A stretch of DNA of 64,000 nt from Vitrella brassicaformis CCMP3155. Taxonomy: Eukaryota; Protista; Chromerida. The notes under the pieces were generated by a model. The model did no database searches. It worked only from the letters and a program-made list of their open reading frames with translations, and was not told where the DNA came from. The translations under genes were made by a program, and so were the position numbers. The stretch lies in contig CDMY01000304.1 of assembly GCA_001179505.1 (NCBI GenBank), positions 63,975 to 127,974 on the forward strand, read 5' to 3'. Shown here in pieces: positions 12,878-25,396 of this stretch (within the stretch, counting starts at the first letter, position 1; each line of letters opens with the position of its first letter).

Positions 12878-13177
12878 NNNNNNNNNNNNNNNNNNNNNNN
12901 NNNNNNNNNNNNNNNNNNNNNNNNNNNNNNNNNNNNNNNNNNNNNNNNNNNNNNNNNNNNNNNNNNNNNNNNNNNNNNNNNNNNNNNNNNNNNNNNNNNN
13001 NNNNNNNNNNNNNNNNNNNNNNNNNNNNNNNNNNNNNNNNNNNNNNNNNNNNNNNNNNNNNNNNNNNNNNNNNNNNNNNNNNNNNNNNNNNNNNNNNNNN
13101 NNNNNNNNNNNNNNNNNNNNNNNNNNNNNNNNNNNNNNNNNNNNNNNNNNNNNNNNNNNNNNNNNNNNNNNNNNNNN
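12878..13177. other. Assembly gap (300 N)
   Basis: Run of N. Confidence 1.
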
Positions 13178-14374
13178 TGTACCCATGTGCCCTGCACTGA
13201 AAAGATGGAAAATGGAATGAAGCGAATACTGGCTGGCAAGTGTCACATGTATCCATGCGTTTGTGCCCACGTTGGCGCAGTCGATAGGGTCACACCGACC
13301 AAAAGCCACATTGGGGCGATGACGACTGTCTTGTGAACACCACTCGCATGGGCCGCACCTCTCCTGACACAGACAAAGAGAGAGAGGTAGGTGTCTGTAT
13401 GTTCGGCTTGTGTGTGTCATGCTTGGTTACTCGTCCATTGTGCCTCTTGTGTGTTGACTTGTTGACATCGGCCGACACGGGACAGAACCATCAGTCCTCA
13501 CGCACTGCCTGCCGGCCACCCTGCAAAGGGTAGCGGATACACATGCGATCACAGAAGTCATCACATGACGTGCACGGCTGTCCTGAGCGTACCATGACGG
13601 ATGCCGTTAGATCGAATGCATTTGTCTCATCCTGGTGAGGCCTTTCGTCGTCTTCATCAACGTTGATCAACCTGTAGATGTGACATCCATATGGAAGCCA
13701 TCCCAATGACTGAATGACAGCCCCAACTCATTATGCGCACTCACTCCCGACCTGTATGAGCCCATCGATGCATCCATCGCTGCGCCTGATGTGTGGGCCC
13801 GTCAAGGGGTAGGAAGCGAGTCATGCACCGCCCGCATGAACTCGCGTATGAACGTATCTGGCCTCGGGGGAGGCGTCTATCACATGCTCGTTCTCTTCAT
13901 TCTTCTCAAGACGACCTGCATGACAGAGTAAAGAAGAAGGAACAGCCACGGTGAATGCATTGTCGTTGCCTGTCCTCCCCCCTTCTCTCCCTCTCCGACT
14001 GCTTCGCCTGCGAGCTTAGCCGGCAGCAGCTGCGGCGGTTTCAGGAAGCACCCTAGGCCCCTGGTGTCTGTTCTATCAGGCCGCAAACCGACTCGTCCGG
14101 TCCCATTCCCGCCCCCTCCTTTTGTTTTTTGTTCTGTCCATTGAAACAGTCATGCCAGCCACGTTTCGCAGACACCACAGCAAGGACGCAACAGCCACAA
14201 TTGGCCAGAGGGCGGCGCTTTGGCCTCGAAGGCAACTGCATTCTCGTTCTCTGTCTTCACGTGTTCGTGATTCTGTCTCGTTTTGTCGCCACTAGTACTT
14301 CATTTGCCAGACAAGCAAAGAGGCCGGCAATCAACAGTATGCAGACAAGGAGAGACGCAGAGGTGGGACTACGA

Positions 14375-16215
14375 TCAGTACCACTGCTGTGCAACGGGGT
14401 CCCTGCACACACACAGACGCACACACACACTCTCACATGAAGGCATTCATGGTCCGAATCTCTTCGCCTTACTGCCTACTGACCAGAAGATGTGCTGTCT
14501 GCGGGGATCGGGAGGCACTAGCGGCGTTGGCAGATGGTCCATCGGGCACATGGGTCGCCGGGCGATCTCATACTGCTTGAAGGACGTTTGATACGTTGAC
14601 CTGCACTCAGCAGATGATGGCATGCATGGCATGCAGCCACAATCGATAGAGGAACATGGATGCTGCACGCTCATTATACCCGAAGTCACGGTTGTCGGGC
14701 TGTGCGACCCTTGCGCCTCGCGGCATCGGCGCCTGACGCTCCAGCTCCCACTGTTTGTACGTCTCGCCATAGGTGGATGTGCCCTCAAATGGCAGAGGAG
14801 GCGCTGCACACACACACATGCCAAGCCATCCTATTCCCCCACCCACCAGCGCATCGACATGTGTCTGTCTCTGTTGTTAGTTGTCACTTACGGGCCTGCA
14901 CGACGGGCTTGACGGACTGCGCCTTGCAGACGGGCTTCTCGTCGTGAGCCTCGCGGTAGCTCGACACGGCTTCGAACTTTGCCGGACTGCACAACACACA
15001 GACGGAGGGAGAGGGAGAGGGAGAGACAACAGTCGCCGTGGCTGCCTCGATGGATGCTATGCTCGTCGTCTCACTTGGGTGTCCACTGCATCTTCTCGGC
15101 GCGGCGTTTCTCGGGCAGCGCCTTGTGGTCGAAGTCATTCTGACACGACAGACGGACACCATCACAGAGTGACGGCAATGCAGCTGGCTCCTCTGTGTGT
15201 GTGTGACCCTGTATGTGGAGGCGCCCTGGAAGGGCAGAGACACGGGCTCGTTGACTGCCTGAGGGCGCCTGGGAGGGGGCAGCTCCCACTGCTGATAGTC
15301 AGATCTACACACATACACGCGCACACACGCCACGATTGACCAAGGATGCAGGCAGCGCATCAGACAACAAACTTCCCTAGGCAGGCATACTAACTTGTGT
15401 GTGGAGGTGCCCTCGAACTTGAGCGGCGCGTAAGGCCTGGGCGGCTGCACGACTGCCTGTGTCCTCGGCACCTCCTTGTGTGTGTACTCCTGCTTGTACG
15501 TTGACGCCCCTGTACCCAGGCTTCGGCTATCGGGAGGCACTAGCGGCGTTGGCAGATGGTCCATCGGGCACATGGGTCGCCGGGCGATCTCATGCTGCTT
15601 GAAGGACGTTTGATACGTTGACCTGCAGTCAGCAGATGATGGCATGCATGGCATGCAGCCACAATCGATAGAGGCACATGGATGCTGCACGCTCATTATA
15701 CCCGAAGTCACGGTTGTCGGGCTGTGCGACCCTTGCGCCTCGCGGCATCGGCGCCTGACGCTCCAGCTCCCACTGCTTGTACGTCTCGCCATAGGTGGAT
15801 GTGCCCTCAAATGGCAGAGGAGGCGCTGCACACACACATGCCAATCCATCCTATCTATCGACATGTGTGTGTCTCTGTTGTTAGTTGTCACTTACGGGCC
15901 TGCACGGCGGGCTTGACGGACTGCGCCTTGCAGACGGGCTTCTCGTCGTGAGCCTCGCGGTAGCTCGACACGGCTTCGAACTTTGCCGGACTGCACAACA
16001 CACAGACGGAGGGAGAGGGAGAGGGAGAGACAACAGTCGCCGTGGCTGCCTCGATGGATGCTATGCTCGTCGTCTCACTTGGGTGTCCACTGCATCTTCT
16101 CGGCGCGGCGTTTCTCCGGCAGCGCCTCGTGATCGAAGTCATTCTGACACGACAGACACCATCACACACACACCAATGCAGGTGGCCCCATGGTATGGTG
16201 ATATCTCTGCTCTGA

Positions 16216-16251
<36 letters not shown>

Positions 16252-16626
16252 CCCTGTATGTGGAGGCGCCCTGGAAGGGCAGAGACACGGGCTCGTTGAC
16301 CGCCTGAGGGCGCCTGGGAGGGGGCAGCTCCCACTGCTGATAGTCAGATCTACACACATACACGCGCACACACGCCACGATTGACCAAGGATGCAGGCAG
16401 CGCATCAGACAACAAACTTCCCTAGGCATACTAACTTGTGTGTGGAGGTGCCCTCGAACTTGAGCGGCGCGTAAGGCCTGGGCGGCTGCACGACGGCCTG
16501 TGTCCTCGGCACCTCCTTGTGTGTGTACTCCTGCTTGTACTCTGACGTCCCGACAGAGGGGCCAGGCACGCCGCTCACCGACTCGGGCAGCCGCAGTCGG
16601 CGAGGCGACACTGATGTGCCTACATC

Positions 16627-16658
<32 letters not shown>

Positions 16659-16805
16659 CAGAGAGAGAGAGAGAGACCCTTATGCATCACGACGTACGTC
16701 GGTTGACTGACCGATGCTCAGCCGGAACTGGCCCGTCGTGGTGAAGTCTTGGTTCTGGGGCATGGCCCCCTGGGGCAGCTCGGCAGCCGTAGTCTGACTC
16801 ACCAT
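14375..16805 (-). CDS. SAXO/FAM154-family microtubule-stabilising repeat protein (apicomplexan SPM1-like)
   Basis: Model runs MVSQTTAAELPQG...; has repeated motifs PLKFEGTSTHKSDYQQW, LPFQGASTYRNDF, PAKFEAVSSYREAH and LPFEGTSTYGETYKQW (F.G.STY..DY repeats); ends QHIFW|DPVAQQWY* with TGA at 14375-14377. Confidence 0.8.
14508..16540. repeat. Intragenic tandem duplication of a ~1.02 kb multi-exon block
   Basis: 14508-15499 matches 15530-16540 in exons and introns, with scattered substitutions (e.g. DHKAL vs DHEAL) and microsatellite length differences. Confidence 0.92.
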
Positions 16806-17170
16806 TGTCGCCCAGCCACCTCAGCAAACAGCAGAGAACCTCAAGATGCCTCGCATGGGATTGGTTTGCAAGATGGCCCAGTGGCTAGAATGTTTCACCA
16901 CAAAAAACAACAAAACAAACCACCACAACAAACAACAAAACAGCCACAAAAAACAACGAAAGTTCCCGATGCGAGCTTCTGAGCTCGCAGGGTTTGCGGG
17001 GTTAGGCGCGTTGCAGGAAAAGCCGTCTGCCTCGCTCCAGAAGCAGCAACCATTTCCTGAGTGCCATTCAGCGGGCAATCGCTCGCGCGAGAGAGAGGCG
17101 GTCGTTGCCCCTTTGCTGTCTGTCAGTGTGATTGCCGAGTCGCGAAGGCAGAACGCCTCCCTCCCCAGCG

Positions 17171-20100
17171 ATGGACGTGACTCATGCGATAGACCGTTTG
17201 CGGAGTCAGGTCGAGGAGAAGGACCTGGAGATAGCCCAGCTGCGGAGCCAGCTGCAGCCGTACCTCAACTACAGAGGGGCATACAAACACCCCGGTACAG
17301 ACACACGAGATGCGGAAGGGACTGTGGGGAGGTCGGGGGGGTGGGGGTGAGCGCGCGAGTGAGACAGTCTGGTCTGCCTGTCTTGCTTGTTTGTTTGTCG
17401 TGTGTTGGGTCGTCTTGTCTATCGTCGGTTGTCTGTCTGTTGTCCAATGCAGGAGTGGGTCAGGCGCTGCACACGCTGCTGGACATCTACCCGCCGCTGC
17501 TGTACGAGCTGTCACAGGACCCCAAGGCTGATGTCAAGGACGTGCAGCAGTTCGTCGACGCGCAGCTCAACGTGCGTACGCCCAACACAAGAGGCGCATC
17601 GCACCCACACGTTTCCCATCTCTCTGCCCATCCCATCAGAGTTTGGTGGCGGAGCTGCCGTCGAACGAGGCGGACTGCGCGTCGGTGCGTGTGCCGCTGA
17701 CCGAGCAGGACTGCCTGCCCTACCTCAACATCAAAAAGCAGCTCGAAAAACTCCAGCAGGCGAACCCCTCGTGGTGAGTGAGTGGGCACGGACCCGGCCA
17801 CACACACTCGTCGATGTCTGTCTGTCTGTCTGTCTTGCAGGTATGAGAAGTGGGGCATTGGCAGCCATGGCGGCGATGCGGAGGGCAGTGAGGCGTCGGC
17901 GGCGGCCACCACCACTACTACTACTGCTCATGGAGTGCTCGACTCGCTCCACCCCATTGGTATGTTTGCAGACATTGCCGGGACAATCTGACGAACAAGT
18001 GTAGAGGCCCGGATGTGATGTGTGTGTGTAGGTGAGGAGCTCAAGTACAGCCCTCGGAAGGAGGAGAGCGAGTTTCTCACCAAGCTGTGGACGCAGCTGC
18101 TCGTCAACGTCCTCAAACACGCCGAGGGCGCCGAAGGTGCGCTCACCCATTTTTCTAGACAGACAGACATAGAGAGTGTGTGTATGCCTTCTTGTCTGTC
18201 GTCTGCACACGTTCTGTGCAGCCTCTGCGCTGCTGAGCCCGTCCGCGGATCGCATCAAGCAGTTGTGTGACCGAACTGGTACGTACGCCCACACCGCAGA
18301 CACACATCTCTGTTGTGTGTCTAGTCAAATGTCCCCACGTACTTCACGCACAGGCGAGCAATCTGCCCAGCTGGATGGCGTCAAGGAGCCGAGACAGAGA
18401 GAGACGCTGCTCAGGTACACTGCACACCCACACACCCACACAACCACACACACCGTGCCGTGTGCACACACCTGGGGCTCTGATCCATTGGCTCGTAGGG
18501 ACCGGATTGACGTCATGAGTGAGCTGCTCACGGCCTACTCGGAGAAGTTTCACACCATCCTGGCGCAGCTGCAAGTACACTACAGCATCTCCTCTCTCAC
18601 ACACACACACAGAAAGGCATACACACGTCTGCAGTGCACTTGTGTGTATCTGGTGTCTGTGTGGTCTACTCGTGTCGTCCGTCCTTTGTTAGGGTGACGA
18701 CCTGAGTCGGGTGCAGCAGGCCATCCATGACGTGCAGCACACGACAGCGGTGGGGGAATAATGAGTGCTGTCCTCAGACACAACACACACACACACACTC
18801 GCCCATGCCTGTGTGTGTGTGTGTGTGTGTAGGAGGAGCGCAAGAAGATCGTGTCGTGGAAGATGCAGCAGGACGACCTCGTCAACAAGTACCAAGACAA
18901 GATTCAGCAGATGCAGGGTGCGGACAACCACCCCTCCCACCCCTCCCACCCCCTCCACACGCACAGGTGCACTGTACGTGTGTGTGTGTGTGTGCAGCGT
19001 ATTGCCAGGAGAAGGCGGACAAACTCGACGAGGCACAGAACAACTACCAGGCCAAGAAGGTGAGGGCCCTTCCGTCCACACACATACACACACACACACC
19101 ACCGCCTCTCTGCCGATGCATCTGTGTGTGTCTGCGATGGATGGATGGATCGATGGCTGTGTGTCTGTCATCACATCAGTCGGGTTATGAGGCCGAGCGC
19201 GAGGAGTGCCTCAAGCAGCTCGAGAGAGTCCTCTCGCGCATCGAGACCATTCAAGTACACACACACACACCCAATACCAACCAACACACACTCGTGAATG
19301 CAATGCATCCCTCTCCCTGTGTGTGTGTGTGTGTGTGTGCAGGAGAAGGAGCGTGAGGACCTGCTGGCCATCGACACGGCAGCGTGTGAGCTCACCGAGG
19401 CCACCGCCCGCGTCGAGGAGCGCACCGAGGCCCTCAACAAGATCAAGTACGTGTCTGAGTGGATCGGATGGCAATACGCCCACATAAGTGTGTGTGTGTC
19501 CGTGTCTGCGCAGGTTGCTGCACTCGCAGGCCGTGAATCGCTGGTGTGAGGGGGCCTCCTGCGTCGACCGCATCGGTATGCCCACCCGCACAGCACAGCG
19601 GCCCGGTGTGTGTGTGGTCCTTACCATCATCGTGTGTGTGTATGTTTATGCAGGTGTGTGGAGCACCGATCTGTGCGAGGCGTTGCAGAAGGACATGCAC
19701 CGATCCACACAGACACTCGTGCAGGGTATGTGTGTGTGTGTGTGTGGCTCTCTGTGTGGCTGACACAATCTGTGTGTGTGTGTGTGGGCAGAGTTGGCCC
19801 CCGATGGTCTGCGCTTCGACGCGTTGAAGGAGGCTGCCTTTGAGAACCTCAATGTGGGCGTGCATCGCCGTGGACACATCCATCCATCCATCGAGACATC
19901 CATCCGTCCAGCCATCCATCCCATGTGTGTGTGTGTGTGCAGATGCTGATCAACAGCAAGCAGCGCGCCTACATCGAGACGTGCAACAAACTCGCAAAGA
20001 AATACAACAAACTGGTATGCTGGCCCCCCCCCCACCACACACACAGTCGTGTCTCTCTGCCTGTGTCGCCGCAGCAATATTTGCTGAATGCGGGCGACCC

Positions 20101-22078
20101 TGAGGAGCTCGCCGCGGTGCCTGAGGTACACAGCACCCTCAGCACACGACCCTTTGTATGTGTGTGTGTGTGTGTGTGTGGTTCGACGACAGGAGGAAGA
20201 GTGCGACATGGTGCTGCTGCCCGAGCACTCCCCCTCAGAGCCCGCCATACCCACCACTGCTCAAGCCGCATCGGCATCGGCATCAGCAGCAGCGGCCAAC
20301 GACTCCGAGACGTATGCCCCCATGCACCTGCACATCGGCGCCACGCAGACACTGATGTGTGTGTGTGTGTGTGTGTGTGCAGCGAGTTGCCGGCGAGTGT
20401 GACTGTGGGTGTGGGCGTGGGCGCGCCTCGCCGTTCTGCGTACGCCATCGAGCTGGCCAAGTTCAACAAATACAACACGTGAGCCACACACGCATCTATC
20501 CGTCCATCCGTCCATCCATCCATCCATGTGTGTGTGTAAATGCCCCCACACAGGTTGGAGAAGAAGCAGAAGGCGGAGCTCGAGGCGCTCAACGAGAAGA
20601 AGAGCCAGCTCGAGAAGTCAGCCACACCACCCACACAGCCCACCCACACAGAGAGAGAGAGACACCCACGTGGCCACTGTGCTGTGCAGGTTGACCACGG
20701 AGTATTTCCGATCGCTGGATTACTTCTCCAAGCACCAGGGCGCCTCCCCCACCCACATGGGCGAGTCCGACCAGACCAACATCAAGCTGCTCATCAAACA
20801 GAAACTCGTCCAGGCCACACAGGAGGTCAGAAGCCAGCCGAAGAAGCCATCCCTCCATCCCTCCCGATGTGCGACCTGTGTGTGTATGTGTGTGTGTGTG
20901 ATGGTGATGTTACAGGGGAGCGAGACGATCGACAGTGCCGCTGCGCGCCAGTGGGTCAACAGCTTCTTCTACACCACTGCGTAAGTACTCGTGCGCACGG
21001 ACCCCACACAACTACAACTACAGCTACACACCTGCCGGATGTCGGCCGTGTGTGTCTGTGTGTGTCTGTGTGCGCAGGTCGCTGCCCAAGCTGCCGGCGA
21101 TGCCCGGATGGTTCAGCAGCTCCTCCACCAGCAACCCTCTCGTACACACACACACACACACACATACACCCTTCACACACGCACACACAGCGGCCTCCAT
21201 CTGCACACACGTGTGTGTGTGTGTCCATCTCTTACTAATGTGCAGCCGCTGCTGCCGATGACCGGCTCGATGAACTCGTATATGCGCGTCAACAGCCTGC
21301 ACCGGCCGGGGGGGGTGGACGCCAGCCCCTCGCAGGCTCAGCACTGGGAAGTGGTACGTACGTCCACACACACACACACACTCACACACAAATGAAGGTT
21401 CGAACACGTGTGTGGGTGCAGTTCACTGAGATGAGCGAGACGGTGGGCACGAGCGACGTGGACGGATATCAGGCGCTCGACAATAAAGGTATATATGCAC
21501 TGAGCCATACCACCGCCGTCGCCACACACACACACACGTGTTCACCTGTGTCTGGGCCCCATGCACAGAGACGCTCGAGGCGCTGGCCAACGCCCGTGTG
21601 CTGCCCCCACGGCCGCCCTCTCCGCCACCATTCGTGCCAGCTGCCTGTGGGCCGAACGTGTAAGCATCCACACACACACACAGAGAGAGAGAGGGAGAGA
21701 GAGAGAGAGACCCGTGAAAGCATCCATATGTGTGTCTGTCTGCCTGCGTTCAGTGAGGGCCCGTGTGTGGGGCCGGTGGTGCAGCAGCTGGCTGCTGCTG
21801 GGGCCGGTGGTGGGCAGACAGACGCCGCAGCGGCAGCAGCAGTTCAAGACGAGAAGACGCCACCCAATGGCGTCGACGGTAGGCATACACACAAATGCAC
21901 TCACTGTATTTGACGCTCTCCTGCGCACATCGCATGGCGTGTGTGGTGGGGTGTGTGTGAAGGTTCGTATCTGGTGCTGAACGAGCCGAAGATGCTGACG
22001 ATCGACCAGCAGCAGCAGCAGCAGCAGCAGGGTGTGGGCAGAAAGAGGGAGAGAGAGGAGGAGGAGGAAGCGGTGTGA
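17171..22078 (+). CDS. Multi-exon coiled-coil protein of unknown function
   Basis: Starts MDVTHAIDRLRSQVEEKDLEIAQLRSQL; about 25 short exons joined by GT-AG introns; heptad-rich segments (KMQQDDLVNKYQDKIQQMQ, LEKKQKAELEALNEKKSQLE); ends IDQQQQQQQGVGRKRE...EAV*. Confidence 0.75.
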
Positions 22079-23611
22079 TTGCGATTGATTCGGCTGGGCT
22101 GAGTGAGTTTGTGTGTGAGGCAGTGGGGGCTTGGTATGTTTGTATGTTTGTATGTCTGCTTGTACCATTGAAGCGTTCGTGTGCAACCACGGCCGTCACG
22201 ACACCGCACACACAACACAGTGGGTGGTTGATTGCTCCCCCGTCCAGCTGTGGGTGTGTCTGCGGTGCGGTGCGGCCCGTCGTGTGCACCCACAGCACAC
22301 GAGAGTTTTTTCTCGACTTTTCTCGTTTCGCTCTCTCTCTCTCTGTGTGTGTATGTACCATAAGCACATCTATCGGCCACGACCACAAACAAACTTTGAA
22401 TGCGTCCGTCCGTCCGTCCGTCCGTCCATGTGTGTCTGAGTGAGTGCATCCATCATGCCTGCCTGTGAGCGCGTGTGTGTATGTGTGTATGTATCATATT
22501 CATCAGACAGAGCGAACGAGGCTCCATCCATCCATCCATCCAGCCGTAACATCGATCGCACATCTCATTTTTGGAAGGAATGGGTGGGCGTGTACACGTC
22601 CGTCATGGTCACCGAATGTATCGTACCCCCATCTGTCACGAGTGCGGGGATTTTTGCCAGCCAGCCAGGGAGGGAGGGAGGGGAGGGGAGAGGGGGCATC
22701 ACAGTTTCTGCTTCTTGCTGCCTACCTCTGTGTTTTCACCCCATCGACCGACCGTATGTATGGTATGCACACCCACACACACACACACTCACATCGATGT
22801 GATCTTCGTGTCACACGCACCTTAAACAGAGCAGTGGGCGGGCGCGCGGGGCGTCTTCATGTGCGCGTGGTGCCATGGGGGATGTGATGTGTGGCCGGGA
22901 GGGGAGAGGGGGTCGGCCTGACTAAGTGCGTTCGTGTGGAAGTCTGTCTGCGTGTGTCCACTATTATTGGCCAGGTTGATTTGTCATGCGCGGAACGTCT
23001 TCTCGTGTGTGCGTGTGGGGTGGGTGGGTGTCTCTGGGTCTGTTTGGTGCGCAGTGGATGGATGGATGGATGGTAGAGGGAGGGAGGGAGGCGACATAAG
23101 GACAGAGTGACCTGTATGTGTGTGCATTTGCGAGAAGACTTGGACAGACGAAGGAGACGACTAAACGAGTGTGTCGTCTGGCGTTCACCTTCCTCCCCGT
23201 CCCTCCCTCTGTGTTACCCCTCTCATAGACAGGCACGACGAACGGGGCCAATCTCACTCCCAATTGGCATCGTCCGTGCACCGTTCTTCAACAGCACCGA
23301 CACACAAAAAAGCCGCGGATGTTTCCAACTACACCCGGCGCATCTCTGTCTTCTTGCCATCTCTCTGTGTTGTTCCTTTCTCGAAGAACAGACCGCCGAC
23401 GGGGCCACACCGGCAGCCAGAACTTTCCGGCTGCCTCCACAACACTCATGCATACGACGACCCCTCCAGTGGACAATCGGCACGCCCTCACTATCTCCAT
23501 TCCTCTCTCATTCCTATCTACACAGCACGACCCGCAGCTCCCGTCCCCATCATCAATTCACTCCAGCACTCAAAACAGCGCCAACGCATCACATCATCCA
23601 TCCCCCGTCAT

Positions 23612-24519
23612 TCAGGCCTCTGTCCGCCTGTATCTGTCCACCTGAGCCTCCTCCCCAAGATCTACGTAGTCGCCCTTGATGCGGTCCGCCCGGAACTCGC
23701 CCCACCTGAAGGGCCGGTACCGCGGCTGCTGGCCAGCGGGGAGCGGGGCGATGATGGCGTCGTATTGGGGGGAGAAGAAGAAGGGGATGGAGTAGCGCTC
23801 GCGAGAGGGATTGGCCTGCACGCGGTGGAGGGCGGCGGGATACCTGTCGTTGGACCAGATCTGCATCACGTCGCCCACATTGACCTGGGAAGCAAACCAC
23901 ACACACATGGGGGTGGAGAGGTCACGATCGATCTGCCTCTTCCGCCATATCTGCCTACCGTGAGCGCGTCTTTGACGGGCTGCACGTCCACCCACTGCTG
24001 CTTGTCTCGCAGCCACACCTGCAGGGGCCATTAACACGTCACACAGACAGACAATCACTTTCGTCCGTTGTGTTGATGGAAGCACATCCAGTACAGACAA
24101 CGGCCACGCACCTGCAAGCCGGGGACCTCCTGCAGCAGCAGCGTGATGGCACAGCCGTCCGTGTGGTGCGATACGCCCAGGTACTCATCGCAATCTGGGC
24201 AGGGAGGGAAGTAGTTGAGACGCAGGAGGGATGAGTGCTTGGCAAAAAGGGGGGCGAGGGATGAGGGGTCGGCGACGCCCATGTGGGTGGCGAGCGCCTC
24301 AATAAGCTTGCTGGCGATGCGCTCCATCTGCAGGTAGGTATTACGTGTAACACGCACGCAGTGCGTCTACATGTGCTGCTCGGGGGGATGTCACTCACCT
24401 GTCCGTAGTAGGCCTTGAGCAGGTCGTTGAACCTCTCGCTCTCCGTGAACTGATTGTACCCATCCAACGTGCTGCCTGGAGAAGCCAAACACACACAACG
24501 CTGCTCTCTCTCTCTCTGT

Positions 24520-24557
<38 letters not shown>

Positions 24558-25301
24558 GTGTGCGCATTCGTGTGTGTGTGTGTGTGTGTTCACCTTCCCA
24601 TCGTCCGTTGCTTTTGCCGAGGTCGAGCCCCTCTTTCCAGTCCATCTTCTGCTTGGTCAGCTCATCGTCGAACCAGCCGCGCGACGTCTCACTGTTTCGC
24701 TTGATCCTCATCTGCACACACGCACACACAGACAACGTGTGGAGCTGCGGACCCACCATGCGACGGATGCGTCCTCCCTCACTCCCTCCGTCACTCACCT
24801 TGATGTGTTTCGGCTGTGCAAAAAAGGCCACCATCTCCTCTTTCAGGGCCGCCATGAGCTCACGGTCGATGGGATGGTTGACCATGTTGAAGAAACCAAA
24901 CCGCTCACACGCCCTGAATGAATGAACATCAGACAGAGGAACGAACGCATCAATCACACCAAGAAACAAACACGCAAAACAGGACAACTGCATCTGTATG
25001 TATGGTCGTCTGCGCTGCGTGCATCTGGCTGGGCTGACCTGCCGATGGCATCGACGCATTCTCTTCTCTCCTCGGCTGCCGCATCTTCATTGAACAGAGG
25101 GGCCACATCAATGGTCGGAACTTGGTCATCAGGCGAGAGGGTTGCCGACAGCGGTGCTGCAGGTGACAGCTGGCCTGCCCCGCCACGACGGAAAAAGAAG
25201 CCACCACCGCGTCTGTAACTTGATGCTGCACTGACGAGAGAGATCAGAGCAGCGAAGATGGACGTCGTCAGTGGTGGGTAAAAAGGGAAGATCCGCTTCA
25301 T
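23612..25301 (-). CDS. 2-oxoglutarate/Fe(II)-dependent dioxygenase (IPNS/DIOX_N family) with N-terminal leader
   Basis: PTIDVAPL...[15 protein letters not shown] (DIOX_N region); [10 protein letters not shown]; H-T-D in [13 protein letters not shown]; [20 protein letters not shown]; [10 protein letters not shown] (R-x-S 2OG-binding motif). Confidence 0.95.
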
Positions 25302-25396
25302 CCGTGGCACTGGCAGTGGAATCCTATCCCGATCGTCGTGTTTTCTGACAGCTCCGGTCTGCAAGCTTAGACCGCAGAGAGGAAGAGCTCAAGGAG

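Noticed and set aside
12765-13420. ORFs spanning the N-run (also at 31.1-31.7, 53.4-53.9 kb)
   Set aside because: They are open only because N codons contain no stops.
17171-22078. ATG11/ATG17-like identity for the coiled-coil protein
   Set aside because: No recognisable C-terminal Claw motif; coiled coil alone is not diagnostic.
22100-23600. Possible additional gene between the coiled-coil gene and the oxygenase
   Set aside because: Scattered splice-like sites exist, but no consistent frame or recognisable peptide could be built.
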